Source of the DNA: an uncultured Gammaproteobacteria bacterium
GTDB lineage: Bacteria; Patescibacteriota; Patescibacteriia; Magasanikbacterales; UBA922
DNA length: 64,000 nt
Assembly: GCA_964597575.1 (NCBI GenBank)
Contig: CAZQXB010000001.1
Location: 530,111-594,110 of the forward strand
Reading direction: 5' to 3'
Shown here: piece by piece, positions 48,501 through 57,058 of the stretch
How the letters are laid out: each line of letters opens with the position of its first letter
How positions within the stretch are numbered: position 1 is the stretch's first letter
Notes under the pieces: generated by a model
The model's database searches: none
The model's input: only the letters and a program-made list of their open reading frames with translations
Told to the model about the DNA's origin: nothing
Position numbers and translations under genes: made by a program

Positions 48501-49110
48501 CACACTCATGAGTATTGAATTTAAAAAGGAAAATCATAATCGTCGGGAAAATACACTCTATTATGATATTGCCTTCCGGTACTTCTTACCGCTTGGGGTC
48601 GTGGCACCGCGTGACGAAGGTTTTACGCTTTCTCGTACTATGTATGTTGCATCTGATACTGAAGAAGCAAAGCCAGTCTTAGGTGGCCGAGTAGGAGATG
48701 TGCTTAAAGTAAAAGGGGAGTTGATCGTTCCAAAATCAAGAAATCACATTGCGATTGAAGAGTATATTCCAGCGGGAGCAGAAATTGTGAATTTTAACCT
48801 AGCTACAGAAAGTCGAGAGGCGCTCGAGAATAATGAAAATAATACGAATAATGATCCGTACTACGGGAATAACTACTGGTATGGAAATAATGATGGCAAG
48901 CGCCCACTGTACCCAAGTGTTCAAGAAACTCGGGATGATCGACTATATATGGTGGTAGACCGTCTTGATCCAGGCGTCTATACCTATGAATACTTTATTC
49001 GTCTTCTTGTGCCTGGGACCTTCCAGCATCTTCCAGCGGTAGTCAATGAAAAGTACTTCCCAGAAAACTTTGGAAGAACGGGAGGAAGTATATTCACGAT
49101 TAAAGAGTAG
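42514..49110 (+). CDS. bacterial alpha-2-macroglobulin family protein with N-terminal TM and Ig-like domains
   Basis: YTDRPIYRP (MG2), R..FKDTAFW, LPDNLTTW, PRF...GD, YPY, E.RDDR, G.F...PA....YFPE. Confidence 0.92.
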   Translation: MENVSSGSEVSGPKGIERWLRKAPQIPRKPFLVALLLIALGLLALLVYLNRSSIAFTPKPEYTTAYSLVAPSISESANIVVHLPKGVDAEQAKNNITFHPGIKGEWVLASTVDSVVYNPEKKLSVGKYYTVTLTSPEGTIGKDFLAEEDPAVAAVFPKADTETHEKTNITVVFNRPMIPVSTVDKTAEKEIPLVIEPATPGRFKWVGTRTVQFIPETTLKASTNYRISIPDSLPSLEGIRIASVAPVTFTTRHLRYDALSHGSLRYNQPVRIQFNQPVDLEKTAREITLVKIKGEDRENVEAEIEYGTKAVFNTEKNVYETVQDTSAVNVFQKKDTHGRKKLWDFTENYTVTIKKAYPVDGDIILAEERSTSVIITGVIESLTANSPRTGFAAPNFFDPEGQLVLRFFEDINIDKSAIDAPHITSLTYGEKCPDTGEQGEKGESFFYSDVPCEKVPDKRTVLLTVDKSKFTLGDTFQLVLKRIVNMEGLTINPDVIRNDIKLPPVLKVRQPTNGVVVPAYGNITTLESLVFCSNSPIEKNYGKTAPGVTATPGFEKAPTWNKSMLIPEPIPENISVGYYVCNPGEFQTELSYGLAPETAYTLSVPTEDPFGSKELVTVPLKTGKMPGVNLTFFHLQKNYTVTTPLKTKLTYATQNMEFIDVHVCKVSSETLLKYVTVGGPQFYEGPGTVGPCISTVTKRIPIDRHFWVNNYVQVDLKEFSSDILGSYVVTLSHPDYREPYAQQRPVFERTFVSVTNLSVVEKKIELHENQYAPEGLQEGVDNAKRQALSNIYWVTDSKTLAPVLGARISVFTSQNKPGANFVESGTIVNTGKDGLATALPRTDQIGVVVSIPGDSTILPSNSVQLQYGTYAQQSESYYVYTDRPIYRPTHEVFIKGLYRGGYDGAYEILQGKKITIKVYDSSSKELLSEEVSVSDFGTFETRLVLPKDAPLGSYRIQAGNNGYGSFEVEEYVPAAFKVDAKATQEEYVTGDAVSVDIDAAYYFGAPVEGGTIEYSLGSQNYYFDKYRDEYFTFGSGWYSCYRECNYGDKFILRNRVSLGANGKARITHTLDFKKIFPNEDDRQSKIVVMYITVKNTSGQSITKQVSFIVHGGDYYLGLATDKFFGSKNDPVGMKVKSVDIKGKPLRVRDITLAWNKVSYTYAKRQEVDGGFYYNWEQKFTSVYNETFSTNGDGNWSGTYTPTEQGEYELKLSGVDSRGNTIQTKTRLYITGSEQAGEGLVQPTNDTSLEIVTDKASLGVGDTANIIIKSPFQQAKALVAVERGQVFHYEVVDVKYGLHKYSFPIKEAYVPNVYASVTLLSDSPEVKSGNIAFQINTRKKEIDIVAKPNKKEYLPGEEVTITFTAKDSDGKPVETELSAAVVDMSVLALKGNPKKNPVMFFYGGFPLTVSTASNLKNILQQIEVPNGTKGGGGSEPEDLATKKRGEFKDTAFWQGTLKTDKNGRATAIFRLPDNLTTWQLESVGITKDTKLGVSYSEFTAKKNLMVVPLYPRFAIPGDEFMVGAKVFNQTATRQTFAVTYESENLPLVKSGDSKKNITLAANETRTVYFRVATDAHENNEEGYRLQFTVGAKNSRYEDTVEQSILLSKNATYETLATAGVSSADALRESVYVPGNIIPDRGELTIKSSATLAVFLSDAIKFLVQYPYSSTEEIATKLEAIAVYKEGMALKNVGDAFGTPTGTFDGITYSMDEIVQLGLAKLYKYQTTDGGFTYYQPQYGYGTYGMQGDVYLTTRIARALDRLEKVGYTIDKEKQRSVFRFLAADFQYHVQRNPIWYERHIAVASALYDLKKYGTVPASVPNQIRLILRDEKYLKERIGTQTLATLNLLLSAEKKEFGSRAINQTLDLLENRIEIDARGAYVKPNAELMWECYETPIRDTALLVKAMIRADRLSEVTPNIIRWLLASRDKNGAWSSTMNTISTADALVEYLGYSRETESDFTLSTSLPNEKSDTTIFNKDTLFQTRILKVPNAQIQKDTLMSIEFKKENHNRRENTLYYDIAFRYFLPLGVVAPRDEGFTLSRTMYVASDTEEAKPVLGGRVGDVLKVKGELIVPKSRNHIAIEEYIPAGAEIVNFNLATESREALENNENNTNNDPYYGNNYWYGNNDGKRPLYPSVQETRDDRLYMVVDRLDPGVYTYEYFIRLLVPGTFQHLPAVVNEKYFPENFGRTGGSIFTIKE

Positions 49111-49112
49111 GG

Positions 49113-51203
49113 TTACTCGACTTCAGACCGTTCGAGAAAGAAGCGTATTGTCGCTTCTTTTTCTTTTCCTTTTGCGCGAAGCATTTTTGGTCCACTTGTG
49201 GTTGGTCGATATTCTAAAGTCTTTCCAGTGCCCTCGAGTACATCATCAATATACCAAGTAACCACCTCAGCTGCTTCCAAGCGAATGGTTGTATTTCTCT
49301 CAAGAAGGAACCGGTCGTCGTTGTGAGGGTTAAGGATAAGATCAGAAGAGACTAAAAGTTGTTTTTTTGCTTCAAAATCATCATAAGGAAGACCGAATTC
49401 TAGGGTTTCTCCATCTTGGAATTCTTTAAGAGAAGAAAACGTGAACGGTGTTTTTTTATTATAGGGGGTAGCAAAGAGTGCATTCATACTCTCGTGCCAA
49501 ATAGTTCCAGCCCCCAGCTGCCCTGAAACGGCATCCATTGGTGTGTTATCACTGTTGCCAACCCATACTCCGAGCACAAAATCAGGCGTATATCCGACCG
49601 TCCAACTGTCGTGATATTCTCTTGATGTGCCAGTTTTTACGGCATAGTTTTTTTGGAGAAGTGTGAGGCTGCTTTTATCACCAAATTGCTCTATTCCAGT
49701 CTGCCGATCGGAGAGAATTTTGGTAACGAGTTCAATATATGGACGAGATGCAACCGTGTTTGTTATTTGAAATGAAGGGATGGAGAGGCTTGGTCCGTTT
49801 AGCACAAAACGAAGAGGGGAGATATTGCCGTGGCGGGGAAAGAGGGTGAAGTAATACGCCAGATGCGCGAGATCCATCTCTAATCCACCGAGGGCGATGC
49901 CGAGTTCATAATTCCGAATATCTTGAATTGGGGTAAATGCCAAATCTTTTATGAGAAATTGAGTAAAATTTTCGATACCGATGTATTCAAGCACTTTTAC
50001 CGTCGGCACATTCAAGCTGTTCGTGAGAGCGTAGTGTAAACTCACTGGCCCGTGGTATGTGTAATCATAATTTTTAGGGTAAAAGGAAAAACCTGAACCA
50101 ACGGTGTAACGATACTCTCGATCATCGACAATGGTATAGGGGCGGAGACCTTTTTCAAACCCTTTAAGGTAGATGAAAGGCTTCATCGTAGATCCGATAG
50201 GGCGTGGGCGAACGGCCATGTTAATTTTATATCCGCTACGCTCTTCTGTGGGGTTCGGAGAGCCGATCATGGCCAGGAGCTCGTTTTGGTTTGAAAGAAC
50301 AACAATGGCACCATTATGGACATTTTTTGTTTCGAGGTGAAGAATGTTTCGCTCCAGAATCTCCCGAAGTTGTTCGGTTAGCGCTTTATCGATGGTTAAG
50401 GTGCAGGAAGAAGAGCATTGAAGCCCGAGCTCTTGTAATTCAAACGCGGTCTTTGTTGACATCTGCTCAAGGAAGCGCTCCTTTCTATCCTGAATATCCT
50501 CAACTCCGGGTGTTTTATATGATTCATTTCCAGGCCGGGCAGTTTGAAGAAAGAGATTTGTCTGAACACTATTTATGTTCGTAAAAGGATGGCCTTTGGA
50601 AGGGTCGGAAATCGTGCTGACTAAGCTCGCGACCTCTTCAGTGCGAAGGGATTCCGGGGTTGATCCGAAATAGAGTTCGCTTGCGCTTTGAATTCCCTGA
50701 ACACTATTTCCGAAGTAAATACTGTTCACATACATGATAAGGATCTCTTCTTTACTGAGGCGTAATTCAAGGGATAGCGCATACCATGTTTCAATGAGTT
50801 TATTGGTAAAAGTACGCTCGTTTTCTTGAGACAGAAGAATTTTGACGAGTTGCTGGGTTACGGTACTCGAAGCCAAGTTTGAACCCCCTCGGACCCAGTG
50901 ACTTATGGCACGGAGAACACTTCCGGGGTTCACCCCCTTATGGTAATAAAAATACCGGTCCTCCTTCAAAAGAAGAAGATTTTCAACTGATTTTGGGATT
51001 CTTTTTGTGTAAATGGCATAGTAGCCAGAGGGGTTTTGTTTTACCTGGATAATCTCCCCGTGTCGGTCACGAATAACAATAGACTGTCGTTTTTCATACG
51101 TCTGCTTTAGTTCAGCGACTGCCTTATTGGTTTGCCAGAAAAGACCTGTTATAACAAGAATTACCGCAGTTAAAATCACTATTTTTTGTGTGAGCTTTTT
51201 CAT
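49113..51203 (-). CDS. pbpC: penicillin-binding protein 1C (bifunctional transglycosylase/transpeptidase)
   Basis: EDRYFY.H.GV, STVTQQLVK, GSTMKPF, SLN, KTGTS; adjacent to alpha-2-macroglobulin. Confidence 0.85.
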   Translation of the reverse strand: MKKLTQKIVILTAVILVITGLFWQTNKAVAELKQTYEKRQSIVIRDRHGEIIQVKQNPSGYYAIYTKRIPKSVENLLLLKEDRYFYYHKGVNPGSVLRAISHWVRGGSNLASSTVTQQLVKILLSQENERTFTNKLIETWYALSLELRLSKEEILIMYVNSIYFGNSVQGIQSASELYFGSTPESLRTEEVASLVSTISDPSKGHPFTNINSVQTNLFLQTARPGNESYKTPGVEDIQDRKERFLEQMSTKTAFELQELGLQCSSSCTLTIDKALTEQLREILERNILHLETKNVHNGAIVVLSNQNELLAMIGSPNPTEERSGYKINMAVRPRPIGSTMKPFIYLKGFEKGLRPYTIVDDREYRYTVGSGFSFYPKNYDYTYHGPVSLHYALTNSLNVPTVKVLEYIGIENFTQFLIKDLAFTPIQDIRNYELGIALGGLEMDLAHLAYYFTLFPRHGNISPLRFVLNGPSLSIPSFQITNTVASRPYIELVTKILSDRQTGIEQFGDKSSLTLLQKNYAVKTGTSREYHDSWTVGYTPDFVLGVWVGNSDNTPMDAVSGQLGAGTIWHESMNALFATPYNKKTPFTFSSLKEFQDGETLEFGLPYDDFEAKKQLLVSSDLILNPHNDDRFLLERNTTIRLEAAEVVTWYIDDVLEGTGKTLEYRPTTSGPKMLRAKGKEKEATIRFFLERSEVE

Positions 51204-51306
51204 AAAAGGTTCGACTCAGCTTATCACAGTATAGGTGGATTTTCAATGCTTGTACACGGGATTGACACGGGCACTATTATTCGCTAGTTTATGATTGGAG
51301 GAAAAC

Positions 51307-51822
51307 ATGGTACGCAAAGGCAATCGCCGAGCAAACTATCTTCCGGAAGAAGACTCTTATCCGAGGTTTTCTTTCGAGGTAAGGGATTTTGGTGTCGAGG
51401 GCACAACCTCTTACATTACCCTTAATGTTCGGGAATTTCAGGAAGAGAACCGGCTCGTTGAAATTCGAACCGTGTATTCTTGGTCACAGCTGCGGAATTT
51501 TTTACGCTCTTACCGCGATGACCTCGATAAAGGGGAGAGTGAGATTATTTCCCGTTTTATTCAGAAGCACCTCCCCACGTTCCCGAAGACGTCCTTGCAG
51601 GTACCGGTCAAATACCTCGATCAAGCGGTTCCGATCGGAGACAAGAGCCTTAAAACCAGGCTCGCAATTGAGAGCGCTAAGGAGCGAGCTCAGCCGGAAA
51701 AAGTAGAGGTGCGTGTCCCGGAAGCACGGAAGCTCCGGGGCTCTTCGGCGCCTGAAATCGAGCCCTCCGACAATTGGTATTACTCCGGATACTTCGGCCA
51801 GCTCAAGGTGGGTCGAGCTTAG
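51307..51822 (+). CDS. hypothetical protein
   Basis: GGAGG SD upstream, TTGACA promoter-like hexamer, terminator at about 51827-51873. Confidence 0.55.
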   Translation: MVRKGNRRANYLPEEDSYPRFSFEVRDFGVEGTTSYITLNVREFQEENRLVEIRTVYSWSQLRNFLRSYRDDLDKGESEIISRFIQKHLPTFPKTSLQVPVKYLDQAVPIGDKSLKTRLAIESAKERAQPEKVEVRVPEARKLRGSSAPEIEPSDNWYYSGYFGQLKVGRA

Positions 51823-51930
51823 GTAAGAACGGCACTCAAGTCTTCTGGAGGGAAGACTCGGGGCCGTTTTTTTCGTTTGTGGCGTATTTTTCGCTGCTAC
51901 GGTACAATATGGCTACTCTTTATCCTCTGT

Positions 51931-52803
51931 ATGCCTAAAGACAAATACTCAGCAGTGTGGGTTTCTCATACTTCAATTTCAGATTATCTCGCGTGTCCGC
52001 GCGCCTATTACTTAAAACACATTTACAAAGATCCAAAAACGAATCATAAAATAAAGCTCATGAGTCCGCCGCTTGCCCTTGGTCAAGCCGTACATGAGGT
52101 TTTAGAGGCGCTGTCTTATAAAAAAGTAACAGAGCGTTTTTTAGAGCCGCTTCTTGTTACGTTTGATCGTGCGTGGGAAAAAGTGACGGGGAAACTCGGT
52201 GGTTTTCGCGACCCGGAAGAAGAGCGTCGGTATAAAGAGCGGGGGATGGAGATGATGCGTCGGGCAACACGCCACCCAGGGCCGCTCGCAAAGTTGTCGG
52301 TTAAGATCGGGCAAGATCTCCCTTTTTTCTGGCTCTCCGAAGAACAAAATATTATTTTATGCGGTAAAATTGATTGGTTGGAATATTTGTCGGAAACACA
52401 AAGTGTTCACATTATCGATTTTAAAACGAGTAAAAAAGAAGAAGATGGAAGTTCGCTTCAGTTACCGATTTATCGCCTCCTTGTCCATCATTGTCAAAAA
52501 TATGCCGTCGATAAAGCAAGTTACTGGTATCTTGAAATTTCTGACACGCTCACCGAAAAAGTTCTCCCGCCTCTTGAGGAGGCACGAAATATGGTTTTGC
52601 GTATTGCAGAACAAATTGCGCTGGCCAGAAAATTAGAACGATTCAATTGCCCAGAGAAAACAGGGTGTCGAAACTGTACCCCGTATGAACGTGTGATTGC
52701 AGGCGAGGCGGAATTTGTGGGGAGCGACGCGTACCGAACAGATGTATATATTCTCCCACGTCCTACAGAAAATGATGAAATGCCGGAAAGTGAGATTCTC
52801 TAG
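51931..52803 (+). CDS. PD-(D/E)XK nuclease (AddB/Cas4-like, putative Fe-S)
   Basis: CPR.YY, GQAVH, GKID, IIDFKT, QL.IY, CPEKTGCRNC. Confidence 0.85.
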   Translation: MPKDKYSAVWVSHTSISDYLACPRAYYLKHIYKDPKTNHKIKLMSPPLALGQAVHEVLEALSYKKVTERFLEPLLVTFDRAWEKVTGKLGGFRDPEEERRYKERGMEMMRRATRHPGPLAKLSVKIGQDLPFFWLSEEQNIILCGKIDWLEYLSETQSVHIIDFKTSKKEEDGSSLQLPIYRLLVHHCQKYAVDKASYWYLEISDTLTEKVLPPLEEARNMVLRIAEQIALARKLERFNCPEKTGCRNCTPYERVIAGEAEFVGSDAYRTDVYILPRPTENDEMPESEIL

Positions 52804-52911
52804 CGCATAAGCCCTTGCGAAATAGCGGAAAAATATGATAGGCTTTCTGATAAGAAAGATGCTTCTTTAAGTTGCGTCTAGGAAATTGCGAAGTTGTTTT
52901 TTCTATAGTTT

Positions 52912-53526
52912 ATGCATCTTTTTACCATAGTTACCTGGGTCACCTATAGTTTGTCGGCCCTTACGCTTATCGGGGGGCTGTTTGTAGTAGCTGTTTTTGC
53001 GAAAATTCTTTTTCTTCGTCTTCACCCTTCGCACGTATGGGCTCAAAAAATCCAATCTTGCCTTACCTGGATAGGGCAGCGTGCATATTTGGGCATTTTT
53101 GTTATCGCTTTAACTGCAACACTCGGAAGTTTATTTTACTCAGAAATTGCTCATTTTGTTCCCTGTGTTCTTTGTTGGTATCAACGTATCGCCATGTATC
53201 CGCTGGTACTCACTTCATTTATCGCATATCGCCATCGTGATGTCGCAGGAGCAAAATATATGCTTCCAGCTGCACTGATCGGAATCAGTATTGCCCTGTA
53301 TCATTATATTCTTCAGATCGTCAGTTTATTTGCAGAAATTCCTGAAACCTTCCTCCCATGTTCGACAGTAGGGATGACCGCCTCATGCACCTCAAGTCAT
53401 TTTATGACGTTTGGGTATATTACCATTCCAATGATGTCATTAACCGCTTTTGTTATGATTTGCACTTTGCTTTATCTCCAGCGCCGCTCGGCAACGACTA
53501 TCCTTCCGTCTGCGCCGAAGTCATAA
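52912..53526 (+). CDS. dsbB: disulfide bond formation protein (BdbC/DsbB)
   Basis: GSLFYSE...PCVLCWYQRI.MYP, second Cys pair, ITIP.MSL. Confidence 0.88.
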   Translation: MHLFTIVTWVTYSLSALTLIGGLFVVAVFAKILFLRLHPSHVWAQKIQSCLTWIGQRAYLGIFVIALTATLGSLFYSEIAHFVPCVLCWYQRIAMYPLVLTSFIAYRHRDVAGAKYMLPAALIGISIALYHYILQIVSLFAEIPETFLPCSTVGMTASCTSSHFMTFGYITIPMMSLTAFVMICTLLYLQRRSATTILPSAPKS

Positions 53527-53594
53527 TGCTTATATGTGGGCGGTATAGGAGGGTTTTCCACTGAAAATATTTCTTCATTCATTTATCCCTTTTT

Positions 53595-54161
53595 ATGCCT
53601 GAGGTACGCTACATGGTGATTATTCATGTGAACGATGAGTTTCGTTCGCTTGTTACCACTCTTCGTCAAAGCCTGGATCGAAGTGGGGCAGCAGACATTC
53701 CCGCTCCAGGAGGTCGGGTAAATTTGCACGAATCTCCACACTTAACCCTTGTACCTCCATTTGTTGCGAAGCAAGGGGATGAATCTGCTCTTATTGAAGC
53801 TTTCCAAAAATGGAAGTTTCCTGCGGAAACTATTACAACTGCAGAGGCCGACATTATTCATTGGACGCGAACTGGGAGTGTGCCTTTTTTTGCTTTTAAC
53901 GATGAGGTTCTCCAAACCATGTATCGGAGTCTCTATGAGACACTTTGTTCCATTTGGGTCTACACCGAGACACCCCCTGAAAAGGCATTTGTGCCCCACA
54001 TTACCATTGTCTACGGCACAGACGAAGAAGAGGCTGCAAAAGTTGTAGAAACCGTTTCAGCGATGCTTCCTAAAACACTTACCTTAGCCCAAGTTTCGCT
54101 CTGCCGCATTCATAAAGAATCGGGCTGGGAAGTTATTGCGACAAAGCAGGCTACGGCATAA
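53595..54161 (+). CDS. 2H phosphoesterase (2'-5' RNA ligase family)
   Basis: PHLTL and PHITI motifs. Confidence 0.85.
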   Translation: MPEVRYMVIIHVNDEFRSLVTTLRQSLDRSGAADIPAPGGRVNLHESPHLTLVPPFVAKQGDESALIEAFQKWKFPAETITTAEADIIHWTRTGSVPFFAFNDEVLQTMYRSLYETLCSIWVYTETPPEKAFVPHITIVYGTDEEEAAKVVETVSAMLPKTLTLAQVSLCRIHKESGWEVIATKQATA

Positions 54162-54167
54162 AGTGGT

Positions 54168-56102
54168 ATGAATCCTCCTCTCGAGCACTTTGGTATTAAC
54201 GACATTGTACAATCAGCAAAAAGTTCTTTCCTTCAGAGTAAAGAGCTTTTTCATGATCTTCGCAAAAAAAGTGGGGAGTCAATAGGGGATGGCGAGTTTC
54301 TAGAAAAGCTTCACACTATTTTTTGTGCATTAGATCGAACATTATTTTGTGCGGAACTATTTAGCAATGTTCATCCGGACACTGCCTGTCGAGAAGCATT
54401 AACAAAACATGAAGGGGGGGCAAAGGCTCTTGCAACAGAAATCGTCATGTCGCGCGAATTGTATACGCGACTTCTTTCGGTCAACCAAGATGCACTCGAT
54501 ATTTTCACGACACGTTTTGTCGAAAAACTTCTGCAGGAAATGAAGACGTCGGGGGCTCACCTTGATGAAGAGGTTCAGAAAAAAATACAAACACTACAAA
54601 ATGAAATGACAGTTTTAGGTCAGGAATTCGAAAAAAATATTCGTGACGACGTAAAGCGAATGAGCATTACGGAAGAAGAGCTTCTCGGGCTTCCTCATGA
54701 TTACATTCTTGCTCATCCGCCGAATAAAGATGGTCTTGTGGAAATCACTACAAACTATCCGGATTACTTTCCTTTCATGCAATATGCAAAAAGTGCGAAA
54801 CGCCGTGAACAATTGGAGTTGTTGTTTTTGACCCGGGCGCATCCAAAGAATCAATCGGTCCTCCAAACACTTTTAGAAAAGCGGAAAGAGTTTGCTAAGC
54901 TTCTCGGATTTGACACCTGGGCTGCGTATATCACGAGCGATAAAATGGTAGAGCATCCAGACCGTGTGACGGCATTTTTGAAATCAATTCAATCGTTTGC
55001 TCGTGTAAGAGCAGAAGCAGAAATGAAAGATCTTACTGAGTTTTCTATGCAGCACGGGCACATGGGCCCCCTGGTTTCTTCAGATATGATGTACTACCGA
55101 AATCTTTTTCGTAAGGAAAAGTTTGGATTCGATGGTGCGGCTATTCGTACCTATTTCTCATACCATGCTGTTGAGGCCGGATTGTTTCAGTTAGTCGAAA
55201 AGCTTTTTGAATTAACTATTGAAACTCGCGATATTAAGGCATGGCACCCGTCGGTTCGTTCTTTTTCGGTAAAAAATAAAGAGGGGAAACTCATGGGAAT
55301 GTTCTATTTGGATATGTTTCCGCGAGAAGGGAAGTATGGTCATGCAGCTCAGTTTACGCTCGTGTCCGGAGTTAAAGACCTGCAGGTTCCCGAGGCAGCA
55401 CTCGTGTGTAACTTTCCAGACCCAGAAAAACACCCGGAAGGATTATCACTTCTTGGCTACGATGAAGTAAAAACTTTTTTTCACGAGTTTGGACATTTAC
55501 TTCACACGATTTGCGGCGGTCATACTCCGTTTGTCACTCTTTCGGGGGTGCGAACAGAATGGGATTTTGTAGAAGTACCATCACAACTTTTTGAAACCTG
55601 GGCGGCTTCGTATGAAGTGTTGTCTCAGTTTGCCAAAAAACATGATACCCGAGAACCGATTTCCGAGGAATTAGTAGAAAAATTAAAACAGTCACAAGAG
55701 TGGGGGAAAGGATTATTTGCGACACAGCAAGTGTATCAATCGATGGTTTCACTCCAATACCATCTTCAAGATATTCCAAATTTAGAGAATGGTGACCTTC
55801 TGAAACGTCTTCAAGAGACATACACCGTAATCCCGTTTCGTGAAGGGGCTCGATTTGATCTTGGTTTTGGACATCTTACTGGGTATTCTGCAATATATTA
55901 CACGTATCTTTGGTCACTTGCTTTGGCAAAAGATGTTATTTCTTTGTTTGAGCATGACGGCCTACTCGATAAAACCTTGGCGCACCGTTACCGAGACATT
56001 ATTTTGGGTCAGGGTGGAGCAAAGCCTGCATCAGTACTTTTAGAAGAATTTTTAGGGCGTCCGCACACCTTTTTGGCGTTTGAGACGTGGTTACAAAAAT
56101 AG
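54168..56102 (+). CDS. M3A family oligopeptidase (thimet-like)
   Basis: YLDMFPREGKYGHAA, FHEFGH, EWDFVEVPSQ, YY.YLWS. Confidence 0.92.
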   Translation: MNPPLEHFGINDIVQSAKSSFLQSKELFHDLRKKSGESIGDGEFLEKLHTIFCALDRTLFCAELFSNVHPDTACREALTKHEGGAKALATEIVMSRELYTRLLSVNQDALDIFTTRFVEKLLQEMKTSGAHLDEEVQKKIQTLQNEMTVLGQEFEKNIRDDVKRMSITEEELLGLPHDYILAHPPNKDGLVEITTNYPDYFPFMQYAKSAKRREQLELLFLTRAHPKNQSVLQTLLEKRKEFAKLLGFDTWAAYITSDKMVEHPDRVTAFLKSIQSFARVRAEAEMKDLTEFSMQHGHMGPLVSSDMMYYRNLFRKEKFGFDGAAIRTYFSYHAVEAGLFQLVEKLFELTIETRDIKAWHPSVRSFSVKNKEGKLMGMFYLDMFPREGKYGHAAQFTLVSGVKDLQVPEAALVCNFPDPEKHPEGLSLLGYDEVKTFFHEFGHLLHTICGGHTPFVTLSGVRTEWDFVEVPSQLFETWAASYEVLSQFAKKHDTREPISEELVEKLKQSQEWGKGLFATQQVYQSMVSLQYHLQDIPNLENGDLLKRLQETYTVIPFREGARFDLGFGHLTGYSAIYYTYLWSLALAKDVISLFEHDGLLDKTLAHRYRDIILGQGGAKPASVLLEEFLGRPHTFLAFETWLQK

Positions 56103-56215
56103 TAAAAATCGTTATAAAAAACAAACACCCGCCGCTCCTTTGGATTTCTCCATTGGAACGGCGGGGACCTTCATCGGTTGATACTCCCGTTCCCTCGGCT
56201 GAGGGGCGGGGAGAA

Positions 56216-56869
56216 CTACCGGCCGATGATGTTGTGGGACTTGTAGACGAACTTGCTCTCGTCGTCGAACGTGACCGCCAGCGTCACGATCTCACCGGGC
56301 CGGACGAGCTCGGTCGTCCCGTCCTCGCGGAACTGCGACCGCGGGTCGACGGCCTGCCAGCCGGCGTCCGACATCTGGTGCGCCACCCCGCTGACCGCCG
56401 GCATGTGGCTGACGATCAGGATGGCCTTGGTCTCCTCGGGCTGCGGCATGTGCCGCTTGGCGATGTCCTCGAGACCGCTCCGGAAGCGGTCGAAGATCCC
56501 CTGGATGTAGCCGGAACCGACGACCTCGTCCATATCGATCAAGGACGCGACCTTGGAATCCGGGCTGCGCGCCATGGCCTGGTCGAGCGTGTTCATCTGC
56601 TCCAGGCTCGGCGCGAGCTTGGGCTCGATGTTCCAGGCGGTGCTCGGGGCGATCGCCCAGGCGGTCTGCATCGCCCGGGTGAGAGGGCTGACGTAGCAGC
56701 CCTCGAAGTGCCCCGGCTTGTACAGGTCGCCGAGCTTCTCCGCCGCCCACGCCGCGTCCTTGTGGCCCTGCTCGTTCAACGACGAGAAGGGCTTCCAGAT
56801 GCCGTCACCAGCGCCCTGCTTACCGTGACGAACCATGATGAACTCGATGCAACCGTTCTTGTTGTTCAT
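56216..56869 (-). CDS. histidine phosphatase superfamily protein (high-GC gene)
   Basis: VRHG, SPLTRAMQTA, IVSH; promoter TTGACA-17-TATATT at 56971-56943. Confidence 0.75.
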   Translation of the reverse strand: MNNKNGCIEFIMVRHGKQGAGDGIWKPFSSLNEQGHKDAAWAAEKLGDLYKPGHFEGCYVSPLTRAMQTAWAIAPSTAWNIEPKLAPSLEQMNTLDQAMARSPDSKVASLIDMDEVVGSGYIQGIFDRFRSGLEDIAKRHMPQPEETKAILIVSHMPAVSGVAHQMSDAGWQAVDPRSQFREDGTTELVRPGEIVTLAVTFDDESKFVYKSHNIIGR

Positions 56870-57058
56870 GAAAACTTTTCCATCTGCAAGCACCCAGCTT
56901 GCGTCTATTTGCCCGAACGGCATGTCCGGGAAATGACAAAATAATATAACAGAAAAACTGACTTTTGTCAATATCGGGCTGTATACATATTTCTGTATTG
57001 ACGAAAAGTATATTTTTTAGCTACACTGAGACATATAATCGCACTTAATAGAAGCCTT

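Noticed and set aside
51931-52803. Cas4/CRISPR system
   Set aside because: Solo PD-(D/E)XK nuclease; no other cas genes and no repeat-spacer array seen in the window
56087-56944. 285-aa plus-strand ORF
   Set aside because: Antisense shadow of the high-GC3 phosphatase gene; the catalytic motifs are on the minus strand
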